A stretch of 64,000 bases of DNA, taken from contig JAIPGM010000001.1 in the NCBI GenBank assembly GCA_021735655.1, forward strand, positions 96,001 through 160,000. Direction: 5' to 3'. The notes below the pieces were generated by a model. The model was given only the letters and a program-made list of their open reading frames with translations. It did not search any database and had not been told where the DNA came from. Of this stretch, positions 1 through 12,000 are shown piece after piece; within the stretch, counting starts at the first letter, position 1, and each line of letters begins with the position of its first letter. The translations under genes and the position numbers were made by a program. This DNA comes from Candidatus Omnitrophota bacterium. GTDB taxonomy: Bacteria > Omnitrophota > Gorgyraeia > Duberdicusellales > 4484-171.

Positions 1-1
1 T

Positions 2-3000
2 GGAAAACTGTATTTATATATGATTTATGAGATAAAAGACGATGGTAAATATTATTTGAAGAAATCACCGGTTGATTTAAAGGATACAAAAGTCGTAACT
101 ATCGGCTATGAGCTTATTTCTACTGAGATTGATTCAGATATTAATATAGTAATTGATCAAGCTACTAAGAAACCGAGCACCCAATTTGCTCCGATTGTTG
201 CTGCTAATGATAAAGAAGTAGCAATCCTGGTTAACGGTGATGAACTAGTCGTTTTAGACCGAAAGAAAGGTAAAGAAACTGCCTACGGCTATGTTAAAGA
301 TAAAAAATTCTACCTTTATGCATCAATTGATGTGCTTAAGGCAATCGAAGCCGGTCGATTTTTAGAGACCAAACAAGTTGATCAGAACCTTAAACCGGTT
401 AAAGATCCGGCCACCGGAGAAGAGATAGTTGAAAAAGTACCAGTAGTTGCTGCAGATAAAACAATTGCCGTTATCTTAATTGAGAAAGAAGCCCCGGGCA
501 TTGAGAATTCACACACACTTAATGCTTTAAGCAAGGCTACTGGTAGAAAAGCACGCTACGGCTATAAAGACTTAGCCGATGATAGTCTTTATTTATTTGA
601 TTTAGTTGAAAAGATCAAGGTTGTTCAAGCTGGTCAAAGCTTAACTACTATTAAAATTGATGAAAAAGTCAATACGCTTAGTACTGAAACATTACCAGTA
701 GTTGCCTCTAATGATGCGGAAGTCGTCATTCTGATCGACAAAGAAGCGCCGGGTTATCCAAATACTAAAACTCTTAATCTTATAAATAGAGAAACCGGTT
801 TAGTCACTCGCTACGGCTATAAAGAGTTAGATGATAATAGTCTTTGGTTGTTTGATTCAATTGAAGCACTTAAAGCTGTCCAGGCCGATCAAAGCTTAAC
901 TACCACTAAGATTGACAAAAAGATAGGCACGCTTGAAACTAAAGAAGTACCAGTAGTTGCTGCTAATGATAAGGTGGCGGTAATCTTAATTGATCGACCA
1001 GCTCCTGACTATGAAAATTCAAAAACTCTTAATGTTATAAGCAAGGATAATGGTAGAAAAGTACGCTACGGTTATAAAGATTTGAGTGATGATAGCCTTT
1101 ATCTATTTGATTTGATTGAAACATTCCAAGCTCTTCGAGGACCAGGAACTTTAACTACTACCAAGATTGATAAAAAGGTAGGCACACTTGATACTGAAAC
1201 AATAACTGTAGTTGCTTCTAATGGTTCAGAGGTAGTAATTAATCCAATTGGCGATAAGCTTGTTTCATTAGACAAATCTTCAGGCCGAAAAATCTATTGG
1301 GGTCATCAAAATAGATTTGGAATGTTTTTATTCTCAATGCAAGATTTAACTTTAGTTAACGTTGGCGATCCTTTAACTGGAAGAAAGATTGATCAAAATG
1401 TAAATAGCACACCGGTAAGTGCAAAAGTAGTGGCTACTGACCATTCTAACCGAATAGTTATTTTAGTAAACGGAAATGAGCTTAATACCTTAGATGCTCT
1501 CGGTGAGGTTAGAAGTGATGGTTATGGAGAGATGGATAAAAACGGCGATTTATTTTTATATGGCACAGAGTTATTGAATGCAAGGCCAGGCCAGATTATC
1601 CCAATCTATCCGATTGATCCAGATACTGTTGAGGCCGATAAAGCTAGAGGGGCCAAGGTAATACTTAAGATTAGAGGGGTAGTTGGGGTGGATGGTGTTA
1701 CTACCAAAGCCGTTTGGTTTGAAGTTTATGAGGCTAAGAATTATGATGCTACTACCAAAACATTTACCGGCCAACCAGAATCAAGTGAAATCCATTTAAT
1801 TGAAGCTGGCTCTAAGCCGAAAAAACTATATCTAAAAGACGATAAAATAACCCTAGAAGACCTTTGGTCAGTAGATCGGGCTGATTTTGGCAATCGCCAT
1901 ATTGCTACTGTGGCTGTTGATAAAGATAATTTTGGTGAAGTTGCCAAGGCGATTTTAACTGGCAAAATTGATACCTTAGAAAAATCAGGCGTAACTATTA
2001 TGGTCCGTGAAAGAAGCGATAGCGCTATCTGGTTTGACGTATTTAATGAAACCGGAAAGCGCCTTAGCAGCGAAATCCATATAAATGGCGACAGTCAAAC
2101 TTATATTGTTACCGGTAAAGACTCAAGCGCATTAATGTTGCTTGATGCAGAGGAAAATGCCGACAAAGATGGTTTTCGTAAAGTTTTTAAAATTAACTTA
2201 AGCTCTCCTGAGTCGTTAGAAAAAGTTGCTAAGGCTTTACGTGATCCGGAGAGTAAAGCTTTACTCGGAGAGGTAACTGGTACAATTGGAAAGGTATTTC
2301 ATGACAATGAGCATATAATTTTGTTTGCTTTTGACAGCGAAGGAAAGCTATCTCGAGGTTTACTCGAAGAGGTCGGTCCTACGGCAACTGATCAGCCGCT
2401 ACCGTTTAGAGTAAGAGATGGAACCATCAGAGTTCTTTGGGGAGAGGATGCTTCACAAACTGTAATCGTTGATGGATCGGAAATGCATTATTTAAAAGAA
2501 CGAGCAGTTGACGCTAAGGCTTTTGAGGCAAAGATAAGAGAAGCCACCACCTTTAAAGAAGTAAAAGATTTTCTTGATAATACTCCCGATACTGGTTTAG
2601 TCGCTTTAATCGTCAGCCAAGATATTATTTTTAAGGGAACCCCGGCAGTATTGAACCGGATATATATTCCCGGGTTATTACCTTTATACGAAGTAATTTC
2701 CAATACCGAAACTTCTAAAGTTTCTGAGTTTGAAGGTAAAGTTGAGGCTCGTTTTTATCCCTACACTCAGGAAAGAAAACTATTAGATCCTAGCCGAAAA
2801 GACCTTTTAACTGTTTCAGGGATGATGACCGTTGACGAAGGTCAAACCTTTAAAGATTTGCCAGTTGGATTACAGCAGACTCTTACTGATAAATATGGAC
2901 CAATTGCTCCGGATGCAGCGATAGTCCATCGTCACTTCTATAAGCAAGACGGTAATAAATACGATGAAGTACGTCAGCCCGGCGGTAGGGCTGATTCTTG

Positions 3001-6000
3001 GTTGCAAGGCTATGTTATCGAAGTTGACCATGCTATCGTTGTTGGTGGAAAAGAGTTACGCCAGGTAAATGGTAAGGATCTTAAATATACCATTGAGGTT
3101 GATAGAAAAGGTAATTTTGAAATCGCCCGCGTACATATTGATCATGTTGAATTGGCAACTATTGTTAAGGATCCAGAAAGCGGTAATATAGCTGCTATTT
3201 TTAAACCGGAAACCGGTCTTGTCCCCGATGAGGCCATACTTAGGATTGCTCAATATATTGACATAAATGGTATTGATTCATTTAATGTATCGGATAGTGA
3301 AAAGCAGAAAATAATTGTTGTTGCTAACGATATTTTAGAAAGAGATCTAAGGGCAGTGCCGATTACCGATGGCGAAAGAGAGCTAGTATCTCAGTTGATT
3401 TCGCGAATAAGTTTTCAGGCTGATTTTGTGGCTAAAAAATACTATAAGCTTGGTCAATTGCATAAAATTGTACTTGCGGAAAAACCACGAACAATTAGCG
3501 ATATCATTGGTTCTGTTGGTAATGATCCGATAGCCCGCGCTAAGATTGATAATAGACTTAAGGTGATTAGCCAAGGTTTAGGCCGACAGATGCCACGCGG
3601 CGGAGTAGCAGCGTTGACTATTACCCCTAGTTTGGTTTTACAGCTCAATGGGAATATTATGCGTGAGTATCGTTTTAAAGAAGATCGTTTAGCCAGGCTA
3701 ATTGCTTTTGAACAAGGTCAGGAATTGGCAGTTAATGTAGCGTTTAATAACCGAGGTGATCCAGTTCAAACCTTTAAGCTTTCAAAAAGCGAGCATTCAG
3801 ACCGTCAGGTTGGCTCACAAGTAATTGCTTGGGGCCAAACTCCGATGGCCGAGCGTGATGGTGAAATTTCTGATGAAGCTGATAGCTCTGAAGCTAAAGT
3901 TATCTTTGAACAGGATATTCCGGAGACTGCTCGGGCATTTCAGGAATTTGCCGCTAGCTTGAAAGAGAAACATGGGGTAACGGTTACCGGAGATCTCTGG
4001 GAAGCGATGGGTAAAATGGGAATTGTTCCGTCAACCATGATTACTCGCAGCGTACTTTATGAATATCCGCATAGTGGTAATATTGGTTCAACCAGCTTTA
4101 CTTCACCGCTTATTGAAAATAACGGTAGGGTTGAGATTGATCCGCAATATCGTGATTCAACTAAACAGATTGAGATGCTTTTTGTGCCTAATGATCCGCA
4201 AGGCCGGACATTGGCAACTAGATTTATTACCGAAGAAGGGTATAACTGGGTTATTAATATGTGGGGGCTTAAGGGCACCGATGCCCCGTTAGGAGTTTTG
4301 CCGGCCAGCATAACTATTAAATATGAAAATGGTAAATATAGCGGTTATGAGTTTAGCCGCTTCAAGCAATCAATTAGCGGCGAAGAATTAAATGCTGAAT
4401 CAGGTTTGAATTTATATAGTGGCCTGCAGGCTTACGAATATGAAGTATTTAATTCCGCTGTTGTACGTAATGTAATTTATTCTTCACAGGCTCAACTTTT
4501 AGGCGAGCGTTATGCTTTTGTAACTGGCAGGCCGGCTAAGGAGATTTTAGGAACCTCAACTTTAAACAAACCAGCGGTTGAGACTTTGTTTTTTAATCCC
4601 AACTCATCTTTACGCAGCCCGGTCAGATCAGTGTTAACAGTTGAACAAGAGCTAGCTAATAAAATTATAATTCCTGAGATGATCGATGATCAACATTGGA
4701 TTACTCCGCCTGGCGAAACAGTGTTGATTCAAACCGATAAAGGCATTAAGCCGGCGGTTAGGGTTGTGGTTAAAGATCAATATAGCGTACGCTACGAAAT
4801 AGAAGAAGGTAAACAGATTACCTATATTGTTGCTTTAGAGAGTGAAGGTTCAGCAATCCATACTAGATTTTGGCAAGAGTCAAAATTCATCGGTGACAAA
4901 GCAATAACTAAATATCGCGTAAACATAACTGATGAGTGGAAGGCTGATTTAAAAGCTAGTGCAAAATATATAGCTTTTATGCCGCTTGTGCTTGCGGCAA
5001 TTGTGCTTTTAGGTTTTATTTTATCTAAGGTCGGCTTTACTCTAAGAAGGGCCTTGCAGCTTTTAGGATTAATCTTTGATGTCGTCATTAGACCGATACT
5101 TTTAATTCCTCATCTTTATAAAATATGGAAATACGGAAGCAGCAGTACCGGAGATTTCTTTAGACGTTGGCTTTGGCCGTTTGGCTTAAAGGAGTCTAAT
5201 CCTTATGTTCATGCTTATAAGGTTTGGCTAGCTATTAGCGGAAAAACCGACGAGAAATTTACTGAAGGCATTAACAACCCCGACACTACTGATACCACTG
5301 AAGCCGAGATTACTAAATTGTTTGAGGAGATGTATGAGTTCTCAGTTAAACTTAAAGACGCCCCTGATTTTGTATTGTATCTTGTTTGGAGAAAGAGGAT
5401 GGGGGCAACTGAAGCTGAAATGGAGGAGCATAAAGACATCTGGTTTGATATTATTGTAGCCAACCAGAACTTTACAAAAAAAAGCAAGGGTACAGTTACC
5501 ATGCAGCATCGTTTTCATTATGACGATCTTGGTAATTTGTTCAGAACCCGTAAGTTCATTGATCGTTATGAACAATACAGAGAAAGTGGAAATCTTGACC
5601 CTTACCGAAAGTATGTTGATTTATTAAACAGCGATCTTGGCGCTATCAACTTATCGCGCCGTCAGCTACTTGAAATAATCCACTATAGTGGCAGTTTAAT
5701 TAATTCATTAAAGTATAGGGGTCGACATTCTGAGTTTGGATTACCTAGCGAAGCAATACTTTGGAAAACATTTCGCACCCTTGACGGTGGACCTTCAGGA
5801 TTATTTGGTTGGTTGGGCATTGCTCGAATACTTTTCAGACAAGGCTCGATATTTGCTATAAGTTTCTTTGTATTCTTAGCTAAATACTTACCGTTAGCAA
5901 AAATTGTAGCCTTCCTTTTTAGTAATCCTTGGATTATCTTAGCTTTAATTGCTATTGCCCTTAGCTTAGGAATATATACTTATTTAAGAAGAAATTACGA

Positions 6001-9000
6001 CAAGGTAAGTCATATGGGTCCGGCCTCAAGAGCATTAGCTTATCCTTTTGTTTTAGTTGCTTCAATTGTTAGAAGCGTGTTGAATGCCTATACTTTAAGC
6101 ATAGCTGCCATATTTGCCGGTGGAGTATTAATGAATGATGCGGCAGCTTTCAGTGGTGTAACTGGGTTAGCTTCTTTTTCTGAGGCAGCTTTAGGTAGTT
6201 TAAAAGCAGTTTCCTTAAGTGATCCTTATGTATTAAGCTTTATATTGATGCTAGTTGCTTTGTTTGGGATATTTGGCTTTTTGGATAATATGATTTCAGT
6301 TAAATATAACCCAACCAAGAAAGAGTTCGGCTATGCACCTTTGAGAGACGCAAAGTGGTTTAGTGAAATTGTTTTTTCTGGTGGAATGATGTTGCTTACC
6401 TTTGGTATAAAATTTGTCCTAAACTACTTTACTTTTAAATTTGTAATGGTTCCAACTAGCAGTTATTTGGCGAGCTCTTATGCTCCGCCAGCTTGGGCTT
6501 TTAAAACATATTTGGCTATAATGGCTATTGTAATTGTTATTGTAATTACTGTAAAACTTGTTGCTTATATTAGAAAGCTTAATGCAGTTAGAAAGTCAGA
6601 TACGGGTAAAGTTATGGCAACAGTATGGAGTGATATCAAATCTTTAAAACTTGTTGCTTATGTTAGAAAGCTTAATGCAGTTAGAAAGTCGGATACGGGT
6701 TCAGTTATGGCAACAGTATGGAGTGATATCAGATCTTTAGGAAGAGGCGACATTGGCGATTGGATAGGATTTGCCTTTAAGTGGTTTAGTTTAATTGGCT
6801 TGCCTTTGTTGCTTTATTTCTATGGGCAAGTATTTTTAGTAATTGTCCTTTGGCTTCCTTTTGCTGCTTTTTATATACTGGATACTTTCTTTGTTTTCTA
6901 TATTTTAGAGGGTATAGCCGGATACTTGCGTGGCAGCTACCTTGGTTTAAACCGAATAAGGAATTGGCCGCAATTAGTGGCTAATTTTCCTCATTTAAAA
7001 CAGGCCATTAGGGCTAATTATGCTCATCGGGGAATTCGCAAGGCTGATGGGTCACGCCTAACTAAAGAAGAAAGAGACTCAATAGTTGAGGAGATTTGGA
7101 ATGGAATAATAGAGCATGTTTTTAAGGAGGATAGACTTTTCGAGGAAGAAAGGGATCGATATTCTTACACGGCTGATGGTGGTCCCAATCTCATAAAAGC
7201 ACCGGAAGAGGATGAGGCTTTCGATCGAATTATCTTTTTTGCAACTTCCATGTTCATGCATACACCGCGTATGCCCAAGACCTGGGCAGACTTACGTTCC
7301 CATGCTGTTGTTGATCCGGCTAATGATGAAGATGTCTTTTATAATTTTGAAGGGACAATTACTAGTTTAAATGAAGAAGCAAGGGTAGATCCTGACGATG
7401 ATTCTCTTCCCGGTGTACAGAAAACATTCTTGTGTTATGAGATTTATCTTTATTCTAACCAGTGGTTAAATTTTAAACGCCGAATGCAGGCCTCAGGAAA
7501 ATTCAGGAATACTGAAATTCAGGAGTTACAGAACATATACGATGCAGTTGTTAACGGAGACCTTACTTATAAATTAAAGTTAAAGGATGGAAGAAAGAGG
7601 CTAAGTAAAGCTTTGCAGGACGAAGTTCGTCTTTGGGCCTCTTATAGGTTCCAGCCGCTTATTCGAACTGTTCGGGGAATTGAATATCGTCGAGATGCTT
7701 TAAAGTTGATTGCTAATAGTGTTTATTTCAGGGGGCTTGGCTATACTGATGAGCAAATCAGAGAGGAAGTTAATAAGAAGTTTCGGTTTGTGCTTGGATA
7801 CCAAAGCTATGCTCGACAACAAGCGGATATGGTAAATCCAGAGAAGAAACTTTCAGAACGAATTGCAGCTAGATCTCGCGTAGAAGGCGTCAAAAAAATA
7901 ATGGAACTTTTCCCTGATATATTCGTTGCTAACTTAACTAAAGACGGAATATCAATTTGCATGCAAGGCGGCGAAGAAATAGGCAGCAAAAATGAGAAGG
8001 ATTTCTTTTGGTTAGGTCCTGAAGTTACTCAAGGTAAACCTGAACATCAAAAAGTTCTTTCAATCTGGGTTGATCACGACGGCGGTAATTATGATCATGT
8101 TGATACAGTGGATATGAACCAGGATGATTACTTTGAAGAAGCTTTAAAGCATCCGTTAGTCTTACAGGAGCATAGCCCTGATGTTGCTATTGTTGGTATT
8201 CCTGAGCATATTTTTACTGCTAGCTTTGGTAATGAGGGGAAACTGCTTGCCTTCTCTGATAGCACCTTTGCGAACATGGTTCAGAGGGTAATTGCTATGG
8301 GCGGTACACGTATGCATTATGGTCACCCGGATAGTTTCCGTAAACGATTTGCTAAACGTATGGGCTGGACAGCTTCTTCAAGCAAATTGAACGAAGATAT
8401 CTTTGCTGGATATCGGGCAATACGCTACGGTAAACGAATTAAGTTTATTGAATATCGCCGAGTCGGTAAGGCCCGTGAGGTTAAATTCGCGACTTCAGTA
8501 ATTTTATTTCAGAAATTCGGACGTGGTTCTGGTGAACAAGCTCATGATTTTATGTTATATGAACTTTATGAATGTCAGAACTTTGGTTTCACCAAAGGAA
8601 TGTTTTTCTTGATCAGCTCAATTGGTTTTTATATCAGGAAGCCGGCTGTTGTCTTAGCTGTCCAGGGTTACATCTTTACCTTAATCTTTATGGGTTTAAG
8701 TGGTTTTGTTTCTTTTCCTTTAGAAGCTTTTCTTGGAGTCTTGGGTGTTTTAGCTTCTCAGGGTATTGTGGCTACCGGTTGGTTTGAATTGATATTGCGC
8801 AAGGGCGTAATCCGAGGAACTTCTGATTTAATCGCGATGATGGCTACTGGAAATGTTCCTTTTTATATGGCTCATGTTTATACCAATGCTTTTGGGTTTT
8901 CTGAAGCTCAGGCCGGTATTGCTGGATACTTAGGAAGTGGTCGTGGACCGATGTTACATCATACTCCGATTTTCTATCCTAATTTTAAGTTAAGCTTATA

Positions 9001-12000
9001 TGGATTTTTAGAAGGAAAACAGCTTTCGAAAATGATGATTGTTAATATGGTATTTATTATAGCCGGTATAGTTATCTGGCAGAGTCCGCCGATTCTTTGG
9101 TCAGCCTTATTTATCTTGCTTCCTTTTGCGGCTTACTTTTATCCTAATATGTCTAACCCGGGAGCATTACCGATAGGCGTTACTGTCGGTAGATGGCTTG
9201 AGATATATAAATCTGATCTTTCTTTATGGCGCAAAACCATAGCTTCTGATAATCCTCTTTGGGAAGGTAAGAAATTAGACGTAGTGCTTCACGGAGCAAT
9301 ATTATTTCCTGTATTATTAATAGTCGGTGGTTTTATAGCTCTCTTTATTAAGTTACCGGTTACCGTAGGCCGTTGGTTAAATTCTCAATTTTCTGACCGA
9401 GGCCATGTAATCTCGACCTGGGCTATTAATTTGATTGGTGCGGTGTTTGGTGTGGTTTACTTAGCCAATATGTTGGTTGATAAATTACCTCAATTGGGCA
9501 ACATCATTGAAGCTTCACCGATGGCTGCGGCAATAGTTGCGGCTATAGTTATTGCTCGAGTCCTTCTTTACATTGGAAGTTACTTTTATAATTTGATCGC
9601 TGCCCGTTCTCATCAGGGAGTAAGTGAGGCAGTAGCGGCTTTAACTTTAGCTGGAATTATTCTTGCTGGGTTGAAGTGGGGTTTAGCGCTTAAGGCTTTA
9701 GTAGTTGGCTGGTTTAGCTGGTTACCAGCTTTGTTAGCTAGTCCGATTGGCCCTTGGGTTGCTGCAGTCTTATTGGTCCTTGCAGTCGCAGCAATTGTAA
9801 TTATTGCTTTACCGAGACGTATGCAAACTCATCCTACAGTACCGGCTTGGTTTGTTATTATGGGTGGTTTAGGTTTGCTACTAACAACATTAGGGGTACC
9901 AATAGTGATAAATACCCTTACTATATTTGCTGCGATTGCAGTGGGTTCGTTTGTTAATGGAATAGTTGCTCAGGATTTACCAAGAAAGGCTAAAGAGAAG
10001 AGATTAAAACGTAACCAAGCATTACCTTACCCGGCAACTATGCCAATAACTAATAAATTAGATCGTTCGCTTACTGAAAGTGAAAAAGAAAAAGTTATTT
10101 TAGCTTTTGGCGGAAGCGATGCCTTGGCAACTAATGGTATAGAGTTGAATGATCAAAATCTAGTAATGAGTCCGGCTCTTTCAGCTCCAGCTGAAGTAAG
10201 AGGCGGAGTTCTATATATAAATCCTAATACTTTAAGAGGTCCACCAGAACAGCTAAGAGTGATATTTGAAGGCCATGAATTAGCTCATTTTTTAGGAATG
10301 GATGAAATTCAAGCCAGACAATATACCATCGACTATCTTTTAGCGAATGGTTTACTTGAGAGCCACATTGCTTTCTTAGAGAATAATTCTATTGGTCTTG
10401 TAGCTGATCAGGAATGGTTAGAGGCTTTGAGCCAGAAATCAGTTTCTTTGGATAACGGAATTGAGCTTAAAGTTTATAAGTATAGGCCAGGAGTAAAAGT
10501 TGCTGTTGCTCAGATAGATCCGTCAATTTTACAGCCGCATATTTTAGTTTCCAGTGAGTTGGAAGGTAAGTTGCATTCGGTTGATCGTCGCTCTAACTAT
10601 GTATTGTATTATGATCATGAGACTGGCGAGCGTCTAGATAGCTTTCCTGAATCACGCCTAAAAGTATCTACGGTTACTAGTTTAATTGAAAGATTCCAGG
10701 ATCTTCATCCAGATTCACGAATAGAGATTATTACTGGTAACGAAAACCTTTTCTATAACAAGCCGATAGTTACAGTTATAGCCAATAAAGCTTACCATGC
10801 TGTCGGCGTTGACATAGAGAATCGTAATTATCCTATGCTTGTAATTTGGGCTGACGGTGCAGTAACTATCGAGGAAAGTGTTAGTTTCGAGTTTACTGAT
10901 TTTGATCAAAATGAAGTCAGAGTGTTGATTAATGGGAAAGAAGAAGATATACGCTATGCTACGGTTATCCAGTTAGTTTTAAATAAACAAGGTGTTGTTA
11001 ATCCGGGATCCCAGTTATATTTCTTTGATGATATCAAACATTTATTTGCGATGCCACGATTCAGCTCAGATGACTTTCCAGGAACTTTACCCAAGGGTTT
11101 GATGAGCGGAGCCATATTTTTTATGGCTGATCAACTTCTATCTGAAAATGCCCAGCGTGTAATCGACTATTACGATTCACAAAATCCAAAAACTGTTCAG
11201 GATTTTAATTTAACAAGCACCGTTTTTAGCAGAAGTGCCGATGGCCAAGATCGGGTAAGATTAATCAATATACCAGCAGAGTTATTAGAAGCTAGGTTGT
11301 TTGAAGCCGGATACTTACCTGATGACTATTCTATTGATCAAAGAAGAGGTGTAATTACTATAAAGCTTAGAGAAAATGTTTATCCTTTTCATATTATTGG
11401 AGTTACAAGTGATGGATTGGTGAAGGAGATAGTAGTTAATGGTAAATCTGGTAAGGTTGGTGTCACTGTAAGAGAAGCTGCCACTATTGCTCAAAAAGAG
11501 GGATTAATTAAGGCCGGAATAGTGGATCAAGGGATGACCGTTCGTTTAGATGTGGGTGATTTACGTTTTGGTAATGTTATAGTGGATAAACCTGGGCCTG
11601 AGAGGGCTAGTTCTTTAATCGTTTATACCCATATGCCTCTTGATAATGGTAAACAAAATAGACAATCGCCTCCCAGCGATGATAGATTAGGAGGAAGGGC
11701 TAGCCATAACGTGGCTGTGGCTGGTCCTGCTTCTAAGCCTTTGGATAATGGTCGACCAGGAAAGACCGAATGGAGCGATTTAATGAATCGCGTTGATCGG
11801 GTAAATGGCCTTAGGCAAGATGCACGAATAGCCGTAGTGCTTTATATAGTAGGAGTTGATCAAGAAATCGATGCCGGAACAAGAACAGCTCCTTTAACTG
11901 CCGGAGAACTACTGGTTAATGTTAATGGCGTAGGCCAGATAACTTCACGAAGAATTTTCCGAATAGTCGGTGAATTAAATCTTGCCGGAGTTACTTTAAC

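Noticed and set aside
20-22. In-frame ATG at nt 20 as the translation start
   Set aside because: Frame +2 is open from nt 2 with no upstream stop in the window, and the repeat-array homology begins only at about 185. The real start is likely upstream of the window, so no start is called.
4059-4292. Short + strand ORFs in the track (4059-4292, 8572-8787, 9754-9957, 15477-15695, 32778-33086, 34434-34619, 36039-36269, 51544-51750, 62586-62903)
   Set aside because: All are in + frames other than the giant ORF frame and fall wholly inside it. Their translations, such as Cys- and Phe-rich strings, look like out-of-frame readthrough.
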